Shown here in pieces: positions 1 through 11,037 of a stretch of 64,000 nucleotides of DNA. A program made the position numbers and the translations under genes. Source of the DNA: Botryllus schlosseri (lineage: Eukaryota); assembly GCA_051294905.1 (NCBI GenBank), contig CM119372.1, positions 17,858,001-17,922,000 on the forward strand, read 5' to 3'. The notes beneath the pieces were generated by a model. It did not search any database and had not been told where the DNA came from. It saw only the letters and a program-made list of their open reading frames with translations. Positions within the stretch are counted from its first letter, which is position 1; each line of letters opens with the position of its first letter.

Positions 1-321
1 CTAAAATCCAAATTCAAAAAAGTAAGCAGTATTGCAGAAGAACAGTACAATTAGAAGTGGCTCGTGCAGGCAAAAGATTGTAAAAGGAGAAGTACTTCGT
101 TACTGACCACCTTTGGATATACCTATTTGAAAGATCCGTCCACAAGCTGTACTATTGCTGTATGACTGCTAGCATATTGTCAATACTTGTCTAAATGCAA
201 TTTTCGGAATACTCTGGTTCATAGAATTATAGAGTGCCATAACAGCACCAGTAATGAGGTTTGGAACAATATCGATATTTAATGCGATCCGAAAAATGTA
301 ACGAATATTTTACTATCACAG

Positions 322-3300
322 AACGGGATATCACGCTTGATTGACCCGGCAAATCTTCACCATAGCAGATTTCTTTCGCTCGGACTGGACTTCAAATACA
401 CCTGCACGGAGGTGAGAATTTACTGTGCTACATAGGGCTCTGTCATGTAGATGTAGCAGCCTGAGCTAGATCCACTACTTGGGCTTGAGTACTGACAGTA
501 ATCAGCAGTTCATCAGTTTTGGCAATTTCAATGCTAGGAACGATATAAATTCAACGGTTGACTTTTAATTTGCTGTTCAAGAGGTTGATATTACATTGTA
601 TTTTGACTTCAAAAACTTATGCTATATGTTGAAGAGTGTCATCTTGCAGGAGATATGTACTCGCAAAAGAATGGAACTTTCCCAGTCCGTCTCGACTGTC
701 TTTGACCTGCAACTTGGTCCTAAGAACAAACCAGGTATAGAATAATAAGAATAACTCACTTTTCATTGCTAGAAAACTTCGATTCAGACCGATAAAGCAA
801 ATTATAAATAAAATTTCTAGATTTTTCAATTGAAGAAGTTCTGGGAAGGAGGTTAAAAGGAACGTGCCCCCTGGCAAGCAAGAGCCTGGTCAAATTTGTA
901 GTTCCGGATAATGTGATCCTGCAACCGTTGCCGACTTACAGCGACGGAAATTTGCGAGTGTACGATTTGGTGTCGATGAAAAAAACCGGGAACATCAAGG
1001 CAAAATGGAGTAATGCCGCTGTTTCCTCATCGGGTGTGTGGTAATTCACCGTTGTCACTCAAGGTTATCATCTTTTTGCAGTCTTTTATGACTGCCCTGC
1101 TCCCTAGTATTATATGTGTCATGCTGAATAGCCTAGCAGGGCTGGACATTGAACAACTTCAGCGAGTCAACGCGTGTGTTATACCCGGAACCAGTCAAAA
1201 GTGGTCATCGTTGGTACTCAAGTGGCAGAAGTAAAAGTAACGCCATATATTTATACACAAGTAAGAGCGGAAGTAACGGCTTCCAAGACATATGAAAACT
1301 ACTTGATGAGGTAGTTGTAGTGAAGATCTGAAAATTACTTACTTGAGTCGCACATTCTATTAGCAGCTGCTTAATGACACTACTATTTCAGGGTTGTAAT
1401 GACTCAAGTCACGATTTTATGATGACTCGAGTCATTTTCTCAAAATACGGAAATGACTCGACTCGAGTCAATCTGTGTATTGACTCGACTTGGAACCAAG
1501 TCATATGACTCGAAACTTAGACGACCAAGACCAACATTTCATTGTAATTTCGAATAATAGTAAAGTAACCACACTTGGGATTTCGTGTATTGGTACTGGT
1601 ACTTGCAAATACGACCACAGAAACTGCTTAAAGTGAGGAAAATTAGTATATTATAAATGCGAACCATTCGATATCACCAAACAGAGTTATAGAAAGTGGG
1701 TTTACAAGACTTTAACAGGAAACTGAGCAGTCAACACAATGACTTGGACTCGGACTCGACCCTCTTCCCGCTGACTTGCACTCGAACTTGACTCTGTGGT
1801 CAATTGAAAATGACTCGACTTGAGACAAAACTGTAAAAGTGAGATTGACTTGTGACTCGGAGCCATGTGACTTGGTTGCAACCCTGATCTATTTTACAAA
1901 ATCCAAAGTGTAAAAATAATTAGTTTTGTCTAAAGAGCTGTTAGTAGCATAATATTGAATGGAGTGCCGTAATGATGAAAACTGAGAGTCTGAAACTCTC
2001 ATGTACAACTATGGTATTTAGATGACATTCCGCATCTGCTAGCCCATTGCCACATCACCGGCATTGGCCAACAAGACGGAGGCATCCGATGTCAAATCGC
2101 AAACACTGCAAGCGGAAACGTGTCCTCGACTATCATGCAGACCGTGCCGTGGTTTCTTCAAGTCTATCTGCACACTCTTTCCGTAACTGATCAAAGCGGA
2201 AAGAAAATGGAAATAGGTAACCTGAGTGCTGTTCGAATTCTAACCTCCACAATATATCTTAATATGTGCCGTTTCAGGGGATCTCACTTTTCGGCCGGCG
2301 AAAATCAGGCAATCGCCCCATTTCATCGAATATCGCTTAGTTGTTCCCGAAAAATCTACTGTCGTTATTACTATGCAATTTACGAGAGGTTTTTTGACTT
2401 GGACCGAGCATCCGCCGGACGCGAATCATGGATTTTATATCGGGTGGGACTTTGCTGGATGTTTTGGAATTGTTATGCTACGTTTATCACGCAAACTGTG
2501 TTGCTAATTTAACGTACGGTTAAATTGAGAAGAGAGAGAAATGAATTTATATCTATCTGGGCATCTATGTTATCTGGATTTGGTTTTAGACATGGGATTT
2601 CGAATATTGGCTTCTTGCTACTTTGAGTGGATTTGATTTGAAATTATTGTGAAATGGAACCAAGATCTGTCGTTCACCTTGATCTAAAACAAAATTTGAA
2701 ATTGAAAATACTGGATTCGTCTGTGTCGTTCAGGTCTACTGTGATTTCCGTGGACGGTCAGGAGATCGGACTTGGCCGTGAAGGCACTCAACGTATATAT
2801 ACTGAAATAATGCAAGTAATCATACCGGTGCCCGACTTCTCCATGCCGTATAATGTGATCTGTCTGGCCTGTACGGTGATCGCGATTGGATTTGGGTCAC
2901 TGCACAATTTGACGACCAGGTGGGTTGAATTTGAAATATCGCAGCTTAAATCAGCTCCTCTACCTAGTATATGTTATGAGATGAAATACTTCTGTAGCGA
3001 AAGTGTTGGTCCATAGGTTGGTTGATCATAAAAATTGTGATAAGGTTCTTAAGGGTACATAACTACAATATGCTATTGTATGGTATATTGATGCATAAAT
3101 GAACGGCTGACACTCGTCAGGGGAAAATTGTGATATTTCCAGACGTGGTCTAAGTAGATCCTGTGTCTTATCTAACAAAGCTATCCTATCTGTTTTTTTC
3201 ATCCATATTACCCACATTAAAAAGCTTCAGTGACCAATGGACCATGCTAGTTTTTTATATCAGTAATCAAGTAGTTGAATTATTGTTCAGAATATTCAAG

Positions 3301-3402
3301 AAAGTGGATCCGGACGAAGCCGATCAAAGTTTGCTGTCTCGACTGAAGGGCCGTTTATCAGCTATTAAGACCAGGATCGTGGGTCAAGGCACTCCTCCGT
3401 GA
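322..3402 (+). CDS. PIGT: GPI transamidase component PIG-T, 3' part (5' exons lie upstream of the window)
   Basis: In-phase GT-AG exons 322-411, 650-734, 821-1033, 2022-2216, 2278-2443, 2734-2919, 3291-3402(TGA). The translation carries PIG-T motifs [39 protein letters not shown] and [32 protein letters not shown]. Confidence 0.95.
1389..1886. mobile_element. hAT-like MITE with GACTCGAGTC/GACTTG subterminal repeats (PIGT intron)
   Basis: TIR cagggttgtaa...ttgcaaccctg; flanks tactattt/atctattt; near-identical copy at 14644-15216. Confidence 0.8.
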
Positions 3403-3680
3403 TTATTAGCGGCGACACGTCAAAGGTGTTTTCGTGCTTGTAACGACTGAGCTCTATTGCCTCGCTAGCCATACGCGTTGGAAGTATCTAAAGAAGATGG
3501 AGAGGGACATATTTTGTCAGCAAGTCGTAAACGGACGTTCTGTTTGCATTGACCGAATTGCGATACCAGCGAGATCTAATGTACCAGTGTGATAGCTTCA
3601 TATGATGAAGAGAGATTGATTATCACACTGTATAGTTCGTGTTTTGTAACAGCAATGAAACTGGGATGATGGCGATGTTA

Positions 3681-3771
3681 AGCTAGTCGCACACTTAGTC
3701 ATCGCAGAAGCTAATATCTCAGTAACAGCTAGTCGCACACTTAGTCATCGCAGAAGCTAATATCTCAGTAA
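3681..3771 (+). repeat. Tandem duplication of a 46-bp unit downstream of the PIGT stop
   Basis: agctagtcgcacacttagtcatcgcagaagctaatatctcagtaa occurs twice head-to-tail. Confidence 0.9.
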
Positions 3772-3964
3772 GTGTGGGGTCGTCGGTGGCTTTCAGCATA
3801 GGTCCTCGATTTCAAGTAATAATGATTGTAAGGCTTGCCAAAGCTACGTCAGGCAGAAATTAGTAGTGTGGAGAAGGTTGGGATGGGATGTACCAGACCT
3901 TTTGTTAGTCAGTGACCAGACTGCGGTGTTTGAAATCGCAAGAGCGCAACGAAACTAGCAGCAG

Positions 3965-4101
3965 ACAAGGTCTCTGCGCACAAAAAATCCGAAGTGATGA
4001 CATTTTAATTACTCGCTACGGACTGTTGTCCAAGAGACCGCGCAGTGAGCTGGTGAGTGTGCGGCTGCGCGCAGACTAGTCAAGAATTAGAGGGAACATT
4101 G
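3965..4101. mobile_element. Partial copy of the CAATGTTCCCTCTAA-TIR MITE
   Basis: Aligns to the right half of 49330-49523 and ends ttagagggaacattg. Confidence 0.7.
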
Positions 4102-4608
4102 GCAGGGATCATAAATTTAGAGTGTTTGAAAGAAAGCAAATCACATGATTAAAAAGCTCACAGGATTTAAAGTTACACCAGACGACATGTGATATTCCAT
4201 TCCTCAAGCGAAATATTTATTATACAACTTTATTTGTCAAGATTAACGGCTTTAATCCGACGATTACCAATCTCCCAGATGAGCTAACTGTATGATCTCC
4301 GCCTTAGATGCACTTTTTCAAGATTTCATCTGTATGCATCGCTCTGCCCTCACAGCAATGTCACTTGAGAATGTGATGATTGTCCATCCATAAACTCGGT
4401 ACTTGTCACTTCACAAACTCTAAAACAAAAGTATGTAGTTCTGCTTTAAAAACTTCCTCAGCATAGACACTGTAAATAACATCGCCGCCGAAGTAACGTG
4501 ACGCATTTCGACCAGTCTGCTGTCGGACCACTCAAAGAGAAGCCTGAACATATTCCCTCACCCGCATGAATCCATAAAACTAGAGTTTCACAGATACCAA
4601 ATGAAAGA

Positions 4609-4614
4609 TTTATT
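4609..4614 (-). promoter_or_regulatory. Polyadenylation signal AATAAA of NOP53
   Basis: tttatt on the + strand, about 108 nt downstream of the NOP53 stop codon. Confidence 0.55.
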
Positions 4615-4721
4615 GTACGATCACACAAGATAGCACCGTACGAGACTTGAAACAGCCACGTACTACGCAGAATGTGAACAGTGCCACCGTACTACTCATC
4701 CCTGTGCAGTACCGCCAGTAA

Positions 4722-7700
4722 TCAACCTTGGAACTCCCTGAAGCTCCTTTTCTCTTGAAATTTGGTCTTTTTCTTACTCTTCGGCTTATTCTGCTTGCAC
4801 CTAGGCTCGACGATCATTCTTAAAGAAGGATCAAAACAAATGATTAAAAACGAAGACGAAACGCAGACTGACATATCCCCCGCACCTTTTCTGGAAACTC
4901 TTGTACCTGTCGGTGAGCAAGCCGGCTTCGGGCTTCAGCTCTCGAAGGGAACCCTTCAATTCGTCGCTCAGTTTCACTTCGATGTCTTGCTCCACGAATT
5001 TCACATTCGAAAGGGTTACCTGCAAACGCCGTGGAATGCATCAAAAGTTCAAGTACGAGTGTTCACTCTGCGCAGACGTACCAGTCTTGTTTTCTTTTTT
5101 CTGAGTTCTCTCCTCTCAGCGTTCCTCCTGTCTCTGGCTTTGATTTCGGCGAGATATGTTTTCGTGCGGAACACCTGTGATGTAACTCGTAGGCTCATGT
5201 ATATTCAAGTTTCAGTACATTTACAATGACGGACATCCTAACAATCATAGTGGTAGAAAAAGTTACCAGTGATTTCGGCAATTGGCAGCCCCTAATCCCA
5301 ATCAACCATAACACTAACCTAACCCAAATACAATACATACAAGTGCAGTACATCACAACTTAAGCTCAAATTCAGTGAAACATTTTGATATAATCGCCCC
5401 AACTTCCTATTGATACTATACAAAACCAGTCGAAATAAATAGCCCAGCGGTTTCCAAACTTTTTCGGCTAATCACACCCCTAAAGACTAGAGGTCATCAG
5501 TAACCTTCTCCTGCTACTTTTCCGTATAATTTTAGTTGGTTGTATTTACTCAATTAGTCTTGCTTGTGTGCTACTTCTGCTACAAAACTTTTTTTATCGC
5601 TCCCGACTCTCAAAATTGCCCACGAAGGGGGCGATATCGCCGACTTTTAGGAGTCACTGAAATAACCTCCGCGGCCTATTCTAATTGTTTAGGGAAGTAA
5701 CGACCGATTATATAAAGCTGATGGTCATTGGCCACGTTCACTTATAAATTCGTAACTACAAAGTAACCGTCGAGGTTTCTTGCACACAAAATTTAACAAA
5801 TCACCAAACGCTCGCACCTCATTTTCCCGCAACTTCTTGCACCGCTCCTCCTCTTTCTGCTGCTTCTCAAGCTTTTCCCTCAACTCCCGTTTTCGCGTCC
5901 TCGTCGTTTTCCGGTCGATAGCCCGAACAGGCGGGTTTTGAACAGTCTCGGCGTTCTCTTCCTCCAGCTCCTCCTCGCTTTCTTGTTTCTCGCCGTCAAA
6001 CAAACCTTCGGCCATCTCTTGCGAGCGCGTTCCTATATCCGGCAGCTCTTCGTACGGAACGTGCAGGGCTCTCTCGATTTTCTGTTGCGCCTTTTCTTTA
6101 GCGAGTTCTACCATGTGAGCCTGAAACACGTGGCAAAAGCGTTTGAGGCAAATACCCACATAGTAGAAACAATGACTTTAATCAGGCTATATTCAGACTC
6201 GGAGGCAACTAGGAATCACTGGTTCTTAACGGGGGTGGTGTCAAGCCGGGGATAGACGATCCGTAAACGAGTCCGTCTCTTTCTCTCCCTTTTTCTCTTC
6301 TCAAACGGATGCGTGCGAGAGAGACGAGGGACGAGGAAGAAATGAGGAGCAGAAAGAGCAGAACTGTGTGAGAACTCGCACGCGGTCGCTTTTCCGAGTA
6401 TTTTCCATCCGCTCAGCTGCGTCAGCAGGTCTCTAGTGGTGGGGACATCACACTTTCTGAAGTTGCAGTGCTTAATCATGTGATTTATGCTGTTTTCAGT
6501 TGTAAAACAAAATGAATAATATAGAAGATGAGACTCTAATTACCGCTCGGCGCTGTGTATAGTCGTCCAGAGCTAGGGCTGGGCACGAAGATTCGAGTGC
6601 TCTAATCTGAATCGAGTATTAATTTTAATGATTCAAGTCGAGTAGAAAAAGACGATTTTTTCGAGTACTGAAATTATACGCTCCTCACCACTGAAAGTTG
6701 ATTTATCAACGAGGTGTTTATCAACGATCAACGAGTTTATGCTAATTTCACTGTTGAAGCCTTGAAACCTTGATTTGCCGTATGCCCGTATCGTAGCATA
6801 CGAAACATGAAGTACAAAGCTACGAACGTTACTGGAAATAGCACATTTCCGAAGTCATGATCATCCCACAATATTGTCACCAAGTGCAATGAAATCGGTA
6901 TGGTCGAAAAAAATAACAAAGTATCCTTAATATGATAGATAACAGGCAATATATTCTTTGTGGTCTCTTAGAAGGTACATATTCGAACTTGACAAATAAT
7001 ATTCTGATATGACGTCATAATGAGTGATACTCGACTCGAAGCATTTTACGTGATTCAGAATCGAATCACTCAGGTACTCGATTTTGCCCAGCCCTATCCA
7101 GAGCTGCACAATCACACTGACACTAACAAGGTAGCCAGAAACTAAATTTGGCGTGATATTGTTCAGGGATTTGGACATAAAGATTGAAGATACTATGGAT
7201 GGTGTGAACGTGAGGTTCACGTTCGCGTTCTGTGTGTGAACCTTGGAAATTTAGAGGTTCACGTTTACAAACGAACCTTGGTAGGTTCTGCACCATGAAC
7301 CTTTTTCATATATTATAACTTTCACTTCATTATAACATCTTTGGTTGAAATTTATCGCATCTCAACTGTGGGCCACCATATGCATAGCGCTGGCAGGATA
7401 AAAAATAAACGCTTAACGAGCATGCACCTTGACAAGCTCAAAAATTTTACTTGCTTTGTTACAAAAGTTTGCTCGAAAAATCCAGATTTCAGTTTGTGAA
7501 TATTTAGTGACTCTCTGCTATGAGACGGACCCGCAATCACACAACATCAAGAGCGAAATACACTGCATGTAGTCAGCGAATGATGCTTATTCAATCAATC
7601 AATGAAATTGACATCGTTGTCTGGTGTAAAAAATCTAGCAGGCGTACGGGGTCAATCTTGACTTCATATGTTTATTGTATCATAAAAACTAAATCCGTGC

Positions 7701-10542
7701 GATTGGCGTGTTGGCTACTGCTGTATAACATGATAATGGGGTATTATCGGTAGCAAGTACCGATACATTTTACACTATGCTCAATATCAACGTAGCAATA
7801 CTCAGACGTTGAAGACATTTCACGGTCAGGCCTGGACCGTTAAGGCGTAAGCTTATATTCCCTTGCAAGTCCTCGTCGAAATTGTTGGCAAAGCGACGGA
7901 AGACAATGATTTTATGAGACTATTATATCATTTGAGTGCCCCATAGTTTATACATTTGGTGACGTTTAAAACGTCAATATGTACTTCAGCATTGTGGGAT
8001 TATGTGGCCCGAGTCGCTAGGTATTGTGTACATTAATATAGGCTATTACTTCACTGAAATGTAGGGTTGTAATTAGCAATATGACGTCACGAGGTTCACG
8101 TTCGTGTTCACACAGAACCTTTCAAAAAGGTTCGCGTTCACACGAACCTGAACCTTTCAGAGGTTCACACCATCCCTAGAAGATATGTAAAGTATGCGAA
8201 ATCATTTCCATGCTCGGCATTGTACACATTAACATTCAGAATCCAACTGGGAAGACATAAAGGCAGCAGCCAGAACACATAAAAGTTTAACATTTTTCTT
8301 CCTAAGGCTTGAGATGTTAACCACTTTTTTAAAACGAGGCATACTTCTAAACCAATGAAGAATGAACCCTCACGCTCAAACACCAACATGACTATAATGT
8401 CAGGCTCAATATTCATTTGTGAATATTCCCACCAATCACAACTGTGCAGGTGGTGATCATCGATACGGGACAGTCACGGCTGAGCGAATAGTATTTACTA
8501 CCCTTGCGATGACGCAATCTCACCAACTCACTAATCCCACTAAACGCATCCGCTCCGTACGGATCGTCTACTCCTGGCTTAAGAGTAGTCGGAATTAGTA
8601 CTCGAGAAAAAGTAACATCATAAATTTCGACTCAATTACCAGTAGACTTCGCAATTTACAAGAGACGTCAAACTAGCCACGAGTCGAAGTAGAAACGATC
8701 AGAAAAGTACTAGAGAAACAAGTTTCAAAGAAGTTGATTTTGTCAAAGGGTTGTATATTTTTTGACGTTAATCGGAGGTTTCTACTGCCAAAAGCACGAA
8801 GTGCATCTTAGCGACTAAGGCAAAATGAACAATGACCCAAGTAGGGCAATTTTCGAAACTAAATTCAGTTATCATTGCACAGGGCTAATTTCACCCAGCT
8901 GTTATGACAATTTCATACATAAGGCGATATAAACATACGTCAAAGCTACTTTCTACTTGACAAAATCAAAATTGTCAAAAGTGAGTAATTTTTCTTTACC
9001 TGAAACAAGTAGGCCTAAACATGGAAATAGTTCAAAAACATTCCAACTTGAGTAGTTTATGCAAGTAAGCTAAATCTACTTGAGCAATCTACTTTGTTAC
9101 TGAGTCCTTCTGGTTCTCAAGGACAAGTAAAGTAACACGGTAAATGTCTATCCAATGGAAAGTAGAAGTAAAGCAATTTCAAGACATGCCAAACCTCAGT
9201 AGGCCTACAAGTAAAATATATATGTACGAAAGCAGCTCAAAAAACGCAGTTGAAAGAAGTAGATTGAGATTGGGCTTCACGGACTATTTTTAGTATCAAT
9301 CGCCGGTTACAAAATTGCAATAGATGCGTGTTCAGTTGTTAACATGGAATCACAAACGTGGCGAAAGAGTAATATCGGCGCGATTTTCGAAATTGTTATC
9401 CATTATCCATTACCGACATACAGGGTCTACATCTCCCACTCAATGCAATTCACCCATGAAAATGATGAAAATGTATCCAAATACTACTTTCCACCTTACG
9501 AAAACTAAATTTCAAAGTAAGTAGTTTGGCTGCAAAATCTGTTGTAAGTTTAGGTGAAAGTAGTCTAAATCACTTTAGTTGTGGAGGCAGGCGAGGCACA
9601 CTCCGCCACTCGAGCAATCCTGAGAAGTAGAAGTACTTCAAGTATATTACTGACCACCACAGTATAGATTACATTACGGGATGATACTACATTATTCCAT
9701 GGTCTGGAAGGAGAGGCCCAGTAATATACTCGGTCAATAGCACTAACAGACTTTAAATTCGCCCACCTGTAGCAGTAAATTCTGATGATCTTCGTAAGTC
9801 GGATTGTACGACGCCCCGGCTTGAGCTACCTCCACAGCCGGCGTGTTCCTGTATTTGTATTGCTGGACAAAAGCATACGGAGGTAAATCACGCTGTATCA
9901 ATTACGCACGTAGTTGACTCACTTCAACTTTTTCACACGGTTTCGATTGGAGATGCTTGGGCCTGGTGTAGCTAACATGACCGCTCACGCTCTCGGTGTA
10001 CTTGTGGACGTCTTTTTTCTTGATTTCTTTATCGTAGAGATCCTTGGCATCGCTGGCCCATAAATCGAACGTCGGAACCTACATGCAAATACAGTTGACT
10101 CGAAATAAGTGCTACCATGAACAAAACGCGAAATGACCTTGGCTGTAGACTTTTTCCTTTTTAAACCCTTCGACAAGTTGACCTCCTTTTTTTCGGTGGC
10201 TCTTTTTTGCCTGCGCAGGGTTCGCTTACTCGCGGCAGTGGCAGACTTTACAAGGTCCGGTCGAGGAGTTATGATTTCGTCCACTTTCAGTCTTTTATTT
10301 TGCCATCGTTTCGCTTTGGTCTTGTTATCTTGCCCGGCGGTTTTGTCGAGAAAAAATATTTCGTGGTCCTCCTTCTTGCTGATGATTCCGCCAGTACGCA
10401 ATTCCAGTCTTTCGCCTTCTAAAGCTTCGTCGATATCTGTGATGTCGACATGCTTTCTCCAATTCTTTTTCTTGTTCCTGTTGACACGCTTCCTCTTGGC
10501 CGTTTTCCCAGACGGATTGTCATTTATAGTTACAGTCATCAT
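4722..10542 (-). CDS. NOP53: Ribosome biogenesis protein NOP53 (GLTSCR2/PICT1), 7 coding exons, 427 aa
   Basis: Exons 10542-10138, 10078-9923, 9862-9767, 6120-5818, 5174-5082, 5019-4886, 4818-4722 join in frame (1284 nt). Motifs RNKKKNWRKHVDI, IFFLDK, FDLW, PAVEVAQAGASYNPTYEDHQ and [40 protein letters not shown]. Confidence 0.95.
5445..5659. mobile_element. hAT (Charlie/Buster-type) MITE in NOP53 intron
   Basis: Ends cagcggtttccaaac...taggagtcactg; flanks aaatagcc/aaataacc (7/8 match). Confidence 0.6.
6190..6455 (-). ncRNA. Candidate long box C/D RNA in NOP53 intron 3 (may instead be a decayed MITE)
   Basis: C-like GTGATGT 6451-6445, D' CTGA 6425-6422, C'-like GTGATTC 6219-6213, D CTGA 6196-6193, about 72 nt upstream of the 3' splice site. 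A related inverted copy at about 8470-8582 argues for a repeat. Confidence 0.25.
6574..7096. mobile_element. hAT-like MITE
   Basis: TIR tagggctgggca...tgcccagcccta; perfect 8-bp TSD tccagagc. Confidence 0.85.
7194..8178. mobile_element. hAT-like non-autonomous element with GGTTCACG/GAACC subterminal repeats
   Basis: Ends tatggatggtgtgaac...gttcacaccatcccta; flanks gaagatac/gaagatat; related fragment at about 58120-58465. Confidence 0.75.
8581..9662. repeat. Degenerate AGTA/TACT-rich interspersed repeat family (end like cagaggtggtcagtaa)
   Basis: Ends ttactgaccaccacag. Related pieces at about 1-115, 43690-44920, 49569-50450, 52230-52370, 56930-57225, 57670-57810 and 63530-63820. Boundaries approximate. 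Confidence 0.55.
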
Positions 10543-11037
10543 AATGCTGGAAAAGAAAAGATGCGGTGATCATCCATTTGTAATTATCGAAATGAAATCT
10601 GCGAACCGACATAATCTGAACTAGGTACAGCAGAGTAATCTATTTATGATCCTACGGGATTTCATGTACAATCAAGTGATGTCATTAACAGCACCGTGTT
10701 GTGCACAGTAAAACACTGAGGGTATTTCTCATACTTATCGATACTGATCACCGTTCTATACGAAAAGAACCCAGATAAGCAGTCTATCGTACTTGCAAAT
10801 ATAAAGAAAAAGATAAACAGAACAAAATTTAGTGACATTCGTGACTATTGGTTCCTGGTCAGCTTGGCTCAGCACAATATATATAAATGCCATAATTATC
10901 GTGATGAATACCAAGATGATGCTATAATGATTTATCGAACAGAGTACAAACAGAAATGGAACAGTCAGGAAAATTACAGCTAAACTTTGACAATGAATAT
11001 GTAAATAGTTTATCCATTCAGACTGCAATACAACATT

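Noticed and set aside
5290..5330. ccctaatccc/ctaacctaaccc as telomeric repeat or telomerase template
   Set aside because: Short, degenerate, antisense to the host transcript, and lacking supporting pseudoknot or H/ACA features.
4762..6255. + strand hydrophobic ORFs (also 10133-10624)
   Set aside because: Antisense to K/E/R-rich NOP53 exons, which naturally yields F/L/S-rich frames.
6190..6460. RNase P/MRP or telomerase RNA
   Set aside because: Only partial P4-like pairing; the conserved CR-I/CR-V motifs do not match and there is no CUAACCCU template.
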